From Azolla caroliniana (lineage: Eukaryota > Plantae > Polypodiophyta), in contig JBHGNT010000014.1 in NCBI GenBank assembly GCA_043228905.1, positions 12,152,001 through 12,216,000 on the forward strand: a DNA stretch of 64,000 nt. The letters run 5' to 3'. A program made the translations under genes and the position numbers. The notes beneath the pieces were generated by a model that ran no database searches, was not told the origin of the DNA, and saw only the letters and a list, made by a program, of their open reading frames with translations. This document shows positions 24,120 to 39,001 of the stretch, piece by piece (within the stretch, counting starts at the first letter, position 1; each line of letters starts with the position of its first letter).

Positions 24120-25125
24120 GCGGGTGTTGGTGGAAGAGAATTAGCTAAGTGGAGAATAGCCAGATGCAAGGGGAGTGGCCGGAAAAGAGAGTTGAAGCCA
24201 GAACCAATCAAACCAAGGGGAGGTAGAGCCGAGCGAGGCGATAGAGTTGAAAAGGACCAAGACATGGGCAGATGTGGTCAAGGGCCTGAAGAAGGACGAA
24301 TCGGAAATAGTTGATTCAGATAAGAGCTAGAACAAATCGGTACTAGCTGATTTGATTGAGGAAGGTAATTCAGATAAGCCGAATCACACAAAGGCCAAGC
24401 GGACAAGAAGGCAGTTGAAACCAACACCGAGACGGAGGAGCCGATGGTTCGAGGGGCGCCAATACCACGACAACGAGGGAGTTGAGAAGGGCTTGAGTAG
24501 CAGACAAGCAGAACGTTGGGGTCGAGGTGCGTGGAACTAGACGAGTCGAGGAGCGGACTGGACAAGGAGCACAAGCGAGGCGTCTAGACACCAAGAGAGG
24601 TTGGAATGACGAACTAACCAGAGCTAACACGGAGGGACCTCAACTTGAGCTTGAGGGGGAGTGTGGAGATACAAGCTCAACATGGGCCGAATTGGTTGAA
24701 GATCGATTGACTAGGTTCGAATCGGCTGAAGAAGCCGAGAGTCGAGAGTCGAGAGCCGAATCGAATAGAGTTCGATTCGGGGATGTTGAATCGGATGGAA
24801 TTCGGTAGGCCGTTGGAGGCCTATATTCCTATTTAGTAAATAGGAATATTATAGGTAGAATTAGTGTCAAGCTCATTTATGAGCATTCAAGTACTGATGG
24901 TACTTGTGTTAGCCCACTTGCCAGGGCTTGTATAAAAAGCGCTCACTGAGCACGGTGTATGTACAAAGATTTGATTATTGTTGAATACGAGTTTTGTTGT
25001 TTGCTCTCTTTGTTTGCTTCTCTATCTCTCATATTCTCTGTGTTTACCTAATTGTCAAGTTTCCAAATAACCGACTGTGTACTCAGTGTCTTTTGCACAC
25101 GCTTTTGCACACGAATCTTTTTACA
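24120..25125 (+). mobile_element. Copia 3' remnant: 3' UTR, PPT (24650-24661), LTR 24662-25125
   Basis: cttgagggggag followed by TGTGGAG...TTACA; similar to the UTR and LTR of the 30183-35389 element. Confidence 0.8.
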
Positions 25126-25918
25126 CAATCAGATCCGAATGCACCTCGAGGACTAGGAGAAGATAACATTCATTACCGAGTGGGGTGTTTTCGTGGCAGT
25201 AGTAATGATGTTCGGTCTGAAGATGGCTCTTGCCACATTTCAACGTATCATCACCGGGATTTTCGGTGAATATATTCCATCCTTTATGCAAGTATTTCTA
25301 GATGATTTTGTTGTTTACAATTGGCAACTAGCGCATCTCGACAAGTTATGTCTATGCTTGGAACATTGTCGGCACGCTCGGGTAAGGCTTAATTCGACGA
25401 AATGAGTGTTCAGCGTATCCAACGGCGCCCTACTCAAGCATATCGTGAGTCGAGAGGGGACCACAATGGACCCAGATAAAGTCAATACCATCTTGGCTGC
25501 TCTGGCTGTGACCACCGCAAAGGCCCTTACCCGGTTTTAGGTCAAATTCGATGGCACAACTGAATGCTCCGCTAACTAGGCCGATTTCGTGGCTCCGTTA
25601 CGTGCGATGGTTCACAGAATGCCTTTTTGATGGACAATAATAGAAGATGAAGCATACAAGGCCCTATAGGTCATGTTGTCTCACGTGTCTATTGTACAAC
25701 CACCCGATTGGTCAAAACCTTTCTATGTTTTTGTCCACGCATTCAACGTGACCATTGGGAGTGACTTAATACAGATGATGCCTCTGAATTGGTACCGGCC
25801 AGTCTACTATGCTAGCTGACGTGTCTCGGCTGGCAAAAGGAATTATTCGACCACGGAGAGAGAAGTGCTCGACATAATCTACAACATTACCAAGTTTCGA
25901 CACTATCTTCTCCCACGT

Positions 25919-26688
25919 TGTCTTGAAGATTTCCGGCTACGGTGAGAAAACCGAGAGGGACAAATAAATGGGGATGTGCAACATTGCACATGCACTTGTA
26001 AATTTGTATGATGAGAATAAGATAACAAAATGTAAAGGGGAAGGGTAATAATCTAAGGTGCTAAAGGTGCACCACGAAGTTCGTAGAGGCATAAATGTGA
26101 TGTGCACTTTGTAGAGTAGAATGAGTAGTGGGCATTGAGAGTGAATGTGATAGGAGAGAGAGAGTTAAGGCCCTACGATTTAAGATCAAGGGAGATATTC
26201 CCCATTAAAGGAAAGGGGATTTGACTCCCTCTTGTAATGTGCTCACCCCTTACTACTATAAAAGGAAGTGAGGGGTCATTTGTGAAGGGGTTGCCTATTT
26301 TGAGTGAGAGAGGTATACCACTTAGGTCGAGGGGTTCTATTCGGTTTTGAGGGTTTCTTCTAGGGTTTACTTCTTGGGTTTCTTTTAGGGTTTCTATGCT
26401 TCTTTGATTACTTATCTGGTTAGGGTTTTCTTGTACTTGTTTTGGGTGTGGCCTATGCGCCATTGGTTGTAATATTTTGTGAACTCTTAATATAGCATGT
26501 TGATGTTTCTTGTCTTGTGGGTGTATCTTGCCTCCATCTATTCTATTCTATGTTTATATGCTATTCTTCCTCTTCTCCTCTTGAGCTAAGATTCCATTTT
26601 GTTTCTTATTCCTTCTCCTCTACTCCCTAGTCCAAGACCCCCATGGTCCCGCCTCGGATCCTACACGCGCTCGCGGAATACCGCGACA
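25919..26688 (+). mobile_element. Solo LTR (770 bp) with 4-bp TSD
   Basis: TGTC..GACA flanked by ACGT/ACGT; removing it restores RNase H HV-NHS; TATAAAA at ~26257. Confidence 0.85.
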
Positions 26689-27227
26689 ACGTCAATCACT
26701 CTGTCGTCCTATAGTTGGTAACAAAGCAATCGCTAATAGGAAATTTGGCTCGATGGATATTGTTATTACAAGAATTTGAATTTGACATCCATCATCGCCC
26801 AACGGTACAATATGTGGTGGCCGACTACCTCAGTCATCTCGAATCAGGAAAACCAACCGAAAACGTATACAACGATCTTCTCGACGCCGAAGTTTTCGGA
26901 ATCACCTCCGCACCTCCGAACATGGATTCAGAAGATAGGTGGATAGGCGAAATGTTACACTTTCTAAGCATTGGTCTTCCACCCGACTACTTGTCCCTTG
27001 ACGAAAGAAGCGTTTGGTCGTCCGTAGTTGGAACTTATGCCTCGTAATCGACACGTTATACCACAAAGGCACGAACGGAATATGGCGCCGAACAGTTCGG
27101 AAGTTCGAGAAACACGCCATCCTTTAAGACGCACATTATGGTATCATTGGAGGCCACTTCGTGGACAATGCGACGGCCCGAAAGGTTTTGCAGAGTAGCT
27201 TATGGTGGCCAACAACACAGAAGGATG

Positions 27228-30200
27228 TGAAGGATATGGAGTTCAATATGTAGGGGGAAGTATGTGAGGACCTGTAGGTTATGTGCACAACAAACAACAG
27301 AGAGAGTATGATAGAGGAAATGAGGGCAACGTAGACACAATTCGAAGATCTAATGGAAGCTCTCGTTATTATGTTACTCTTACACTCTCAGAGACTCTAG
27401 ATACAAGAATTATTTGTTATAATGTTAGGTTAGAACTTCCATTAGAGGACTACTCTTTCTATTCCCTTGTAAAAGGACTACTCTTTCTACTTACAATTGT
27501 ATGGGGTTATCTCCCCCGTAAATCTAGAATACAATTTTAATCTAAAGTTATAGTTACAAGTTAATCGGCATATAGCCAAATAGGTAGAGGTGAAGTCGTT
27601 ATCTAACTTGATTTGGCTAGTTATCCGAATCAGTTGGATTGACTTGTTTGCAACATCTTGCATTGAGCCAGTTCGTGTCCGATTTTGTTTGGATCGCCTC
27701 ATGTTCGATTTTGACTCTTGGCCTTCGGTCGATCATTTGTTGTCAGCTCATGCTTGCTCCTGTGCTTCCAATTCTTTTGACTTTCCCTTGTTGGCTCGTC
27801 CGGTCGAGCAGGTCTTTTTGACTTACCTTCAGTTCCACGCTTGACGTTCTTTTGCTCAGTTGCTTGTCGTAGTCCCATCTTTGTCCTTAGTGTTCCAAAG
27901 CGTTGATTTGGGAGTGGCTTTGTCAGACAATCAACGATGTTCACCTCGGTGTCGATCTTTCGGACTTCGAGCTTCTTTTCTGTTACGAGCTCTTGGATGT
28001 GATTATACCGCACCTCAATATGCTTTGTCTTTGCATGATAGAAAGGATTACTGATGAGGTGTATTGCGCTCTGTGAGTGGCAATAGATGGTCAACGCTAG
28101 TCGGTCGATTCGGTTTGTTATAGAGAAGTTAGCAGTCAGTCAATGCAGCCAGATTGCTTCTTTAGCTGCTTCTGATGTTGTTATGTGCTCGGCCTCTGTG
28201 CTTGACAGGTTCGTGCACTCTTGAAGTTTTGACCTCCATGATATGGCACCACCACCATAGGTGAAGATGTAGCCTGATGTCAACTTCCAATTGTCCGAAT
28301 TCCTGGTGTAGTTGGAATTTGTGTAGCTTTCGACTTTGGTCGGGTTTGTTGATCCGAAAGATAACTGTGCATCTATGGTCCCTCTTAGGTACCTAAGATG
28401 TTCTTGACGGCCTCCCAATGCTTCCATCTTGGGTTTGACGTGTACCAGCTGACGACCCCTACGACATATGCAAGATAGAGTCAAGTGGCCACCATCGCGT
28501 ACATGATACTTCCTACGACTGATACGTAGGGTATCTTTCTGTTAAGCTCTCTCTCCTTATCTGGTAAAGGAGAGTCTCTGTCTGATAGTCGGATCGACAT
28601 CGGAAGCGGTGTTCGCGTTCTCCATAATTGAATCACCTCAACACCTTTCGGATGTAGTCAGACTGGGAGAGTCAGAGAGTTTTCGTCGTCCGATTTCACT
28701 CGATCCTCATGCCCAGTATGTGTCAGGCTTGTTTGAGTTCCTTCATCGCGAACTTTTCGTGAAGGTTCCGCTTTAGCTTTCCAATTTCGGCTTGATTGCC
28801 CCTTGCAATCAGCATGTCGTCGATGTATAGGATCAGATAGATCCGGGACTCATCTGATAGTTGCCGAGTATATAAACATGGGTTGGAGTGAGACCGACTG
28901 TAACCGAGTTGTCAGATGTAGGTGTCGAACTTTTGGTACAACATCCTCGACGCTTGTTTTAAGCTATACAGGCTTTTCTTAAGTCGACATACGAGGTGAC
29001 CTTCTTCCCCCATCACCGAGAAGCCTACCAGTTGAGACATGTAGATGTCTTCGTCCAGATCTCCGTGTAAGAATGTCGTCTTGACGTCCAACTACTCAAG
29101 CTCTAGGTCTTCTGTCACTACGACCCTGAGTAGGAGCTGAAGGGTGGTCATCTTGACTACTGGAGAGAATATCTAATCGTAGTCGACCTTGTGTTCTATT
29201 TTGAATCCCTTTGCGATGAACCGAGCTTTGTATTTGGGCTTTTCTGAATCAGATACATATTTGTACCTGAAGACCCATTTGCAGGATAGCGGCTGCCTTC
29301 CAATTGGTAGTTCAACTAGCTCCCATGTTTGATTCTGTCGAATCGAGTCCTTCTAGGATTGCATGGCTTGTAGCCATGTATCGGCGTCCGATGCAACCAT
29401 AGCTCCTTCATATGTGCTTGGTTCGCCTACATCGGTGTAGTTGACGTCGTCGAGGCCTGGTCGATAGAACTCTATTGGCCTTCGAACTCGTCCAGATCTC
29501 TTGGGTGCCAAAGTGATTGGTTCGGATCCTTCAATCAGCTTTGTCAGGCGATCGATATTTGATGAACCACTGATGTTAGGAGTCCTGTTGGATGACTCCC
29601 CCCCTGTAGAGGGATTTCGGTGGTGTCACGTCATCCTCCCCTTCTTTGGGATTGATTGACATAACTTTTGCCTTGGACATATTGTCTTTGTTAGTTCTTG
29701 TCAATTGCGTAGTCGACCCATTTTCAACTAATGGATCTCTTGCCGATTCAGGGTCGGTAGGGGTGGTGTTGGCTCAGTCCATTTCGATTGTTTGTCAAAT
29801 TGCCGATTCGGCCCAGTGGGTCGGTCTTTCTACGACGTCTTTGTCGATTTCAAAAGTGACCTTTTTGCCCACTGTAGTCTATTGGGTCCATTCAGAGAGA
29901 ATAGAGTCTTCATTGAAGACTACATCACTGCTTTGGATCAACTTCTGGTTCTCTGGGTCCCATAACCTATAGTCGAAATCCCCATCGGTTCCATAACCGA
30001 GAAATATGCATTTTGTTGCATGGGGTGCCAACTTGGTCCTCTACTCCCTGGGGATGAATGCACAGGTTTCACATCTGAATATACGACGTCTGTTATAGGT
30101 CGGATGTTTGCCACTCCATAGTGCTTGTGGCACTTCGAACCTAATTGCTTTCGACGACGATAAATTTATCAGGTAAACTGCTTGTTGGGTGCGTAACCCA

Positions 30201-33200
30201 GTGCGTAGACTACGTGTGTAAAACAGTACGCATAACGTGGCCGTATCGGAGCGTAAACCGAAAGGCCGTTAGTATGGTATTCCTCGTAAGGAATAATTTT
30301 GGGAGTTAGTGTAGTAGGCTCATTTATGAGCAGTCAATTACTGTCAGTACTTGTGTCAGCCCAATAGTCAGGGCTTGTATAAAAGGTGTCCTTATTTTGA
30401 AATAGAAATGAGTTTTTTGTTCTCTCTCTTTGTCTCTCCCTCTCCCTCTCCATCTCTGCATTTTCTGTGTTTTACCAAATTGTCGTTCTCCGAACTGTGT
30501 ACTCTATGTTTCGCATACGCTTCCGCACACGTATTCTTTTACATGATATCAGAGCGCGAGGGTTGAAGTCCTTTGTAACCGACATAAAATCTTGTGACAG
30601 AGACATAGTTGAGTTGTTATTCTTGGCCTTCGGAAAAGATAAGACAGCAACATGGACAGAGGAATGGGAAGCTCGCTACTGACTGAGAAGCTCGACAAGA
30701 GCAACTATGCATCTTGGTCGTACAAGATGCACCAGTACCTGCTTGGTCATGGCAATTGGAGTTATGTCGAAGGAGATAATGATACAACACCCGAATCGAC
30801 ACATAGGGATTTTTCAACTTGGGAACAGGCGACAAGTAGAGTTCTCTACTGCTTTGCGTCCTGTGTGAGTGACCAGCTATTGAGCCATATTCGGGATGCG
30901 AAGACACCAAAGGACACATGGGCGAATCTCAAGAAGATTTTCACCGCTAGCACCACATCCAGGAAGCTTCAACTCAGGCAGGAGTTGAGCAATGTTCGAC
31001 AACGAGATATGTCGATGGCTGATTATACCTCTAAGATCAAAGAAATCTGCGACTCTCTCGCCTCCATCAACGTGAATGTCAAGGAAGATGAGATGGCACA
31101 AGTTTTTCTTGGTGGGTTAGCGTCAAAGTTCGAAGCTTTCCGAACGGCATTCTGTACGAGGGAGAATCCTCCTACGTTCTTTGAGCTTCAGTCAATGTTG
31201 CTTGTGGAGGAAAATCACGCGGGTGCGTTGACAAGTACGCACGCCGACGGCAAGATGCTGTACACGGAGGGAGATAGGCCCGTGGTCGTGGCGAACGAGG
31301 CGGATCAGTGCGCAATGGAGGCGGCCGAAAAGAGCAGAATGGATGGCATAATTGAAATGTCGGCAACAATTCCTAACCCTCCGGAAGTAGGGGGAGTCAT
31401 GGCGCTAGAAGCTAGCAAGAGAAGGCCGTGACAGAATCCTTGTATTGTGGCAAGAAAGGCCACAAGGAGAGTGAGTGCTAGAAAAAGAAAGCCGATTCGG
31501 ACAAAGACAGATCAAGCAGAAGAGACGCAGGAAGGCATCAAAAGTCACACTACACTGAGGACTCCGAACGAGCCGGAAATAGTTCGGACCCTACCTTCGT
31601 AATGAAGCACAAGGCCAATTCAATGGCCATGAACACCTCGAAATCAAGCGAGGTGTGGTATGTTCATTCCAGAGCATCAAATCATATGAGGAGTCACAAG
31701 GAATGGTTCTTGTACTTGGAGAAGCCGAAAAAGCAAAGAGTGGCCGAAACTGGAGATGACACTCCGCATACCATCTAACATGTCGGTAAAGTTCCCCTCA
31801 GCCATGACGGGCAGAAAGGGAAAATCTTGAACGCGCTACACGTCCCGACAATAACCAAGAACCTTGTCTCGGTCGGACAGATCGTCGACCAAGGTATGGA
31901 AGTTCGACTCACGCATCTTGGCTGCTTCATAGAAGAGGAAGGCAAAGTAATCGCGCAAGGGCGTCGTGAAGTGAGGATGTTTATCCTCGAAACCAACAAT
32001 GTGGGCACTGCTATGTTTGCAAAAGGGCAAAAAGTCGAGTTGGACATCGACCTGTGGCATAAGCGGTTTGGCCATATTAACTTCCCGTGGCTTTGTGAAA
32101 TGCAGACAAAGTAAAATTGTGTTCGGCTTGCCGAATTTTCGAGGCCGGAATGGCCAAGTCTACGAAGCCTGCCAGATGGGAAAACAACATTGACTTCCAT
32201 TCCCCAACGAGCATAATCGTAGTCGAAATCCGTTGTATTTGATCCATTCGGATGTGTGGGGTCCGGCACAAAATGTGAGTCTCGGTGGAAGTCGTTACTT
32301 TGTAACCTTCATCGACGACTTCACTCAGCACACGTGGGTATGCACGATCGTGAAGACGAGCGAAGTCTTCGCATGTTTCCTTAAGGTGAAGAGCCTTGCA
32401 GAAAGGGAAACAGGCCATAAGATCAAAGGTCTACGGTCCGATTGTGGGAAGGAATACTTCTCCGACCAATTCATGAGTTATCTATAGATGGAGGGAATTC
32501 GACGCGAATTCTCGTGTAGATACATGCCGCAGTAGAACGGCGTGGCCGAGCGGAAGAATTGGACAATCGAAGAAGCGGCCAGGGCAATGCTTGTAGAGAA
32601 GCATATGCCGAAATTCTATTGGACTGAAGCCATGAGGACGACTGTCTACCTGCAGAATCGGACTTCTGCTAATTGAGGAGTGTTGCCACATGAATTGTAT
32701 TTCGGGAAGAATCCAAACTTGGCACTCTTGAGGATTTTCGGTAGCATTGCATATGTGCATGTGCCGAAGGAAAAGAGGAAGAAGTTGGACGCCAAAGCCG
32801 AAAAGTGCATCTTAGTCAGCTATCTAGATGAGCAAAAGGGGTATAAGTGTTACCACCCCCGAACAAAGGAAGTGCGCGTAAGTCGAGATGTCGTGCTCGA
32901 CGAGTCTGCTTAGTGGTACTTGCCTTCCCCTCCACTATCTCATGACTCCATTCCGAATTCTGAAGAAGAAGTTAGAGAGGCTGAGATGCCTCAGCATGAT
33001 GAGGACATTGGAGCTCTGAGAGAGAGAGTCCGATCTCATTTTGGCTAAGTGGGCCGAATGAGGGGTTGGACCGAAATGGCCAACCAAATGAAGAGACACG
33101 AGTAGTGAAGACTCAGCTGTGATGTCCTCGCCTAAAGAACCGAAGAGACGGTTTACGCGCAAGGAGAAAGGGAAGAAAAAGATGTTGGAGTACGATTTCG

Positions 33201-36200
33201 ACAATGCTGAGTCAGATCAGAGCGAGTCTGACTACGGAAAAACTGAAAAGGAACCTCCACGGAAGAGGTCGACATTAGCTGAAAAGGTTGTGAAATCAGG
33301 TAATCATGAATTGCACTGATCTACCCACTAGAAGAACCCCGTAAAGAGATACGGGTATAATGAGTACATGCCGCACCATTACGTGTACATGACATGAGTG
33401 GCGGAAGTGCGTGAGCCAGAGAGCTACGTAGAAGCGGAGAATGACGCCAACTGGCATGCCGCGATGGAGGAAGAGATGCGTACTTTGACTGATAATGAGA
33501 CTTGGGATCTGGTTTGCACACCGAAGGGTGTAAAGCCGATCGGATGTAGGTGGGTGTATAAAGTGAAATACAATACCAACGGCTCAATCAATCGATACAA
33601 GGCCCATTTGGTTGCGAAAGGCTACGCGCAGAAGCACGGCGTAGATTATGACGACACCTTCGCACCGGTTGCGAAGATGACTACCGTGCGTGTTCTGCTA
33701 ACCGTAGCTGCGGCAAAGGGGTGGCACTTACATCAGATGGATGTAAAGAATGCGTTTCTACAAGGTGATCTTAAGGAACAGGTGTACATGGTACAACCCC
33801 CCGAATGAAAACTTTGGCAGTTTGCCGACTGAAGAAGTCACTCTACGGACTTAAGCAAGCCCCACGAGCCTGGAACGTGAAGATTACGCACCAGTTGCGT
33901 AGGATGGGGTTTACGACGTCGAAATCGAACTCTTCACTATTTGTTCGACAAGGTCAATATGGATCGGTTAGCCTTCTATTGTATGTTGATGATTTAGTCA
34001 TTGCCGGTGCCGACCTGGATGAAATCCGTCGTGTAAAGGCTCAGCTTGCGGCATCATTTGAAATGAAGGATCTTGGAGACCTTCATTACTTCCTCGGGAT
34101 CGAAGTGATCCGTGCCCCCGAAGGCATATTGATCAGCGAGCATCATTATGCGCTGAATATGCTCTTCAAGTTTGGGATGGTCAATTGTAAGCCCATCTCG
34201 ACCCCTCTAGATAGAAACACAAAGCTTTGCCGAGATTCGGGAAAGGCATGCGACCCGACACGGTTTTGATAGATTGTCGAAAGCTTGATATATTTGACGA
34301 TCACCAGGCCAAACCTCAGCTACCCGGTCGGACTGATCAATCAGTTCATGTCGCAGCCTACGGCCAAACACTTTCAGTGCACACAAAGGATATTGCGATA
34401 TGTCCACAGCACGAAAGACATGGTGTTGCTGTATCGAGCAAGCGTAGCCAAACAGATGGTTGGCTACACGGATGCCGATTGGGCCGGAAACGCCAGTGAT
34501 CATAGATCCACATCCGGATACGCCGTCTCATTAGGCAGTGCAACAATTGCGTGAAGTAGCAAGAAGCAGCCGATAGTAGCACTTTCGAGCATGGAGGCCG
34601 AATATCGAGGGGCGACTATCGCTACGTGCGAAGTCATTTGGCTGAAACGACTATTACGGGATCTGCATGTGGAGGTGTCTGATCCGACGAAGATCTATTG
34701 AGACAACCTTAGCAGTATCCACCTCGCAAAAAACCTTGTATTCCGCGCCCAGACCAAGCACATTGAGGTGCATTACCATTTTGTCCGTGAGCGGGTCCTT
34801 TCAGGTGAAGTCGAACTAGCGTATGTTCCGACGGATCGACTAGTTACCGACCTTTTCACCAAGCCTCTTGGTCTCAACAAGTTGCGGCATTTCTCGGGTG
34901 AGCATGGGTTGCATCACCTCGGAGCAGAGGTGATCATTGCGGCGGAAGTGACCGTGATGCGGAGTTGGATGAAGAACTTGATTTCGGGCCAGCTAAAGAA
35001 GCCGATGAAGAGAGCAAGGGTCGTAATCGTAGGGAAAAGCCGAGAACAACCGAATTAGGGGGAGGTAAGGCCAAGACCAAGACGTGGTCTGACATTGTCA
35101 AAGGCCTAAAGACTGAAGAAGAATTGGAGACAGCCAGTTCGGATGTAAGTGGAATTGTAGTCAAGTACTGTTAGTACTTGTGTCAACCCAATAGTTAGGG
35201 CTTGTATAAAAGGTGCTCACTAAGCACGAAATATGTACAGAGTGTCATTATTTTGAAATAGAACTGAGTTGTTTTCTTTCTGTGTCTCTATCTCTCCATC
35301 TCTGCGTTTTCTATGTTTTACCAAACTGTCATTCTCCGAACTGTGTACTTTGTGTTTCGCATAGACTTCCGCACACGTATTCTTTTACACTGCCGTCTGC
35401 AACGCTTCGGCCTTGAACTCCAACTTTAGTTCGGCTTGTTGGAGCATTGCCATCACCCTCTCTTGGATCATCTGGTTGATACATTTCGCCACTGCATTCT
35501 TCATGGGTGTGTATGGAACGGTCTTTGTATGTCTGACCCCTTTGTGAGACAGGTACTATTTGAAGGCTTAGGAGGTGTATTCACCTCCATTGTCGGCTGA
35601 GAGTGTCTTAACTCTGTATCCTGATCAGTTCTCCACTTCAATTGTCCACCGAGTGAAGACCTTGAGCACTTCGTCTTTCGACCTAATCGAATAGGCCCAA
35701 ACCTTCCGTATACAGTCATCTACAAATGTGATGAAATATCGGGAGCCACCTAGTGATCGTTCAGGCATAGGTCCACATATATTTGTGTGAACGAGCTCTA
35801 CAAGCTATCGTATCATCTCGTAATGGAGAGAGTGTGGATTTAGAGTTTGTTTCCCGTATTGACAATACTCGCAGAAGTTCTTCTTTGCTTCGAGTTTCAG
35901 AATGTAGCCGATCGAATCCGGCTTGAGACATATGACCGAGTCTGCCATGCCATAGGTTCGGGTTGGTCTTTTTAGCTACATTCATGGCCCCTTGTAGATT
36001 GATCTCCATCATTCGGTACAAGTTGTTGTACTTGTGCCCACTTCTGATTCTTAGGTTTCCGTGTGTAATCATCCATGCCAACTCATTGAGAGTCGTTCGG
36101 TACCCATCTTCGGCTAACATGCCGATGGAGACCAGACTCCTCTTTAGATCGGGTACTTGCCGAACTTGGTGCAAGGTGATCATGTTGCCATTCGGCAGTC

Positions 36201-37652
36201 AGATGGGGACCTCTCCAATCCTTCCGATTATGCACTCTTGCCCATTGCCTAGTCACACTGTGTCGCTGGCTTCCGCCAAATAGTTCGAAAACCACTCGAT
36301 GTTCGAGGTCACGTGGAATGTGGCAACCAAATCCAGCAACCACGTATGTGTGTCTTGTGCATTGTACAGGACTTCTCCGATCATCAAGTCCTCTAAGGAG
36401 AGGATTTCTCCTGATTGGGTGTTGGCAACATTGACCTTGTTGTCGATTGGAGAGTGGTTTGAGTCGGATCGTCCTCGATCCCGCTCAGATCGCTAACCAC
36501 TCTCTTTCCTCTTGATTGACGAGCAGTCAGAAATGTTGTGACCGTCAGTGAGTGCAGAATTCGCATGATCTACTCATTCTTGACTTTGACCGTTGTTGGT
36601 CTCCCCTTGTTCTCGATCTACTACAATTTCGATCGGTTCTATTGGCTTGTTCTCGGTCGAGTGATGGGCTTCTGCCGACTCATCGATGGTAAGTCTCATC
36701 GATTTTTGCCGAATGTCCTTTGTGAGGACTTGGCCGACTGTTTCCTCTAGATTCAGATTTGGTCAGCTATTGGCAAATGTCGTGCAAAATACCTCCCAAC
36801 TCGCCGGCAAGCTCAATAGGAGGGCAAGGGCTTTCACTTCTTCTTCGAAGTTAATCCCTTGAGAGGAGAGTTCAGATATCACCCGACTGAAGGTGTTGAT
36901 GTGGGAGGTGGTTGGATTGGTTTCTCTCATCTTCATGTTGAACAGTTGTTGAATCAATATCAATTTTTAAGATGAGGACTTCTTTTCGTACACAGCGTGC
37001 AACTTCTCCCATAACGAGAATGATGTCGTTTCCATGGCCATGCTAAAGTAGACATTTTTGGTCATATGCATTTGAATGATGGAGTGCAAGATTTCATCTA
37101 TGGATCTCCACTCCTCAGTTGTCATAGAAGCAGGTTTTTCACTGTGTCGAATGGCTTCGACCTGTCTTTTGATGATCATCACATCCAACATCATCTCCTT
37201 CCACATGGAGAAGTTTTTGCCGTCAAACTTTCAGATTTCAACTCCTGTACCGGATGTTGAAGCCATGTTCTTTTTTAAAGTGAGATTTTTACTAACCTTG
37301 TCTTTTCTTTCAGCTTTTCTCTGTTGTTTTTTTGCCGCTAAACAACAAGCCGCTCTAATACCAGTTGAAGGATATGGGGTTTGATATGTAGGCAGAAGTA
37401 TGTGAGGACTTGTAGGTTATGTGCACAACAAACAACACAAAGAGTATGAGTGAGGAAATGATGGAAACACAAACACAATTCGAAGCTCTAATGGAAGCTC
37501 TCGTTATTCTATTACTCTTAGATTTTTAGAAACTCTAGATACAAGAATTATTTGTTACAGTGTTAGGTTAGAGCTTATATACTAAGCCCTTACTATTTGG
37601 ACGTGTTCACACTAAGACACAAAGTGGAAGGAGACAACCTTTTATGCCAACA
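27228..37652 (-). mobile_element. Degenerate full-length Copia element
   Basis: LTRs begin tgaaggatatgg at 27228 and 37366; PBS 37352-37363; TSD GGATG/AGATG; gag 36763-37260, LWHGRLGHMS, RT/RH relics 27700-29420. Confidence 0.9.
30183..35389 (+). mobile_element. Degenerate Copia nested in the previous element; 3' LTR truncated
   Basis: 5' LTR 30183-30543; PBS TGATATCAGAGC; gag 30652-31431; HSDVWGP; LYVDDL; GYTDADWAG; partial 3' LTR ~35158-35389; TSD CTGCT/CTGCC. Confidence 0.92.
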
Positions 37653-39001
37653 AGATGCTTACGAATTCTGCCGACAATGCAACCTCTACCAACGCATGGG
37701 TCAACCTACCGAGCGAGCTTGAATGCCCCACCAGCTGATCCTTCTGCTCGAGCCGTTCCAGAAGTTGGGGTTGGATTTCATCGGCCCACTCAAACCGGTC
37801 GCGGTCCGAACCGGAAATCAATACATTATTGTCGTGATTGATTACTGCACCAAGTGGGTCGAAGCAAAAGCGCTTCGGGACAACACGACGACTTCCACAG
37901 CAAAATTTGTTTACAAATACCTTTGGTGCAAATTCAGTTGTCCTATCGAGTTATTGAGTGACCAGGGAGGTCACTTCATCAACAAAATCATTTAAGAGCT
38001 CACAACTCATTACGCGGTGATACATAAAAAGAGTACACCATACTATCCACAAGCGAATGGCCTTTGGGCAAAAATCGAACTGATTGGGATGACAAACTGC
38101 ACAACGCGCTTTGGGCTTACTGCACTACGTTTAAGACCAAAGTCCATGCCTTTTCGGTTGGCATTTGGATTAGAAGCCATAATGCCAATCGAATTTCAAA
38201 TTTCGAGCTTACGCGTGTAAATTTCGAAAAGAATCCCTGAAACCGAGTCAAAACAACAAAGACTTGAACAACTACTCGAACTCAGGGAAGATCGTCTTAC
38301 CAGTCTAAGCCATCTTCAGCAAGGTTAGTGATGGCGGAAAGCTTTTGTCGATCGTCATCGAAAAGGGAATGAACAACAATTCGAAATTGGCCAGGTAGGT
38401 CTAGTTTTCCAAACTCGGCTCAGTTTGATGTCGGGAAAGCTCTGGATCCAATGGATAGGTCCATTCTAGATTTATTGATAAGTTTAACGAGACTTTTCAA
38501 CTCGGCACATTAGCAGGATAAATTATGCAGAAATGGGTCAATGGGTTCCGATTGAAACCATACATCAGCCATACACCACTCAACCCATTTGCCAACAAAA
38601 CGAACATCTACGGTTGGCCCGAGGTAGGTGACATGCACGCTCACGGGGAACTTCGCCCTAATCATGGTAACTAATCCACCTACCAAAAAATGTATATTAA
38701 ATGTACAAAAAAAAGAAGCCCACCAAGTGTTATTTAAGCAATGCACGCAGAACGAGAAAAGAAAGTACAAACCAATCCCGACGCGTGGCCTTAAAACCTA
38801 ATAATGGTAGGAAAGATTCTAAATCTAGAGCACAAGGCCATAGTTCGGGAAACAAAGCATATACAAAAAGATGGGCACCATAGGCATAGAGGTCACTAAC
38901 GCACAGAAGCACACAACCCTCAAGCTTTCTTTCCAAGCTCTTCACTTTCTTGCTCTCCGTATTGAAGCTCTCAATCTTACTCTCAATCAACTGAGCCAAA
39001 C

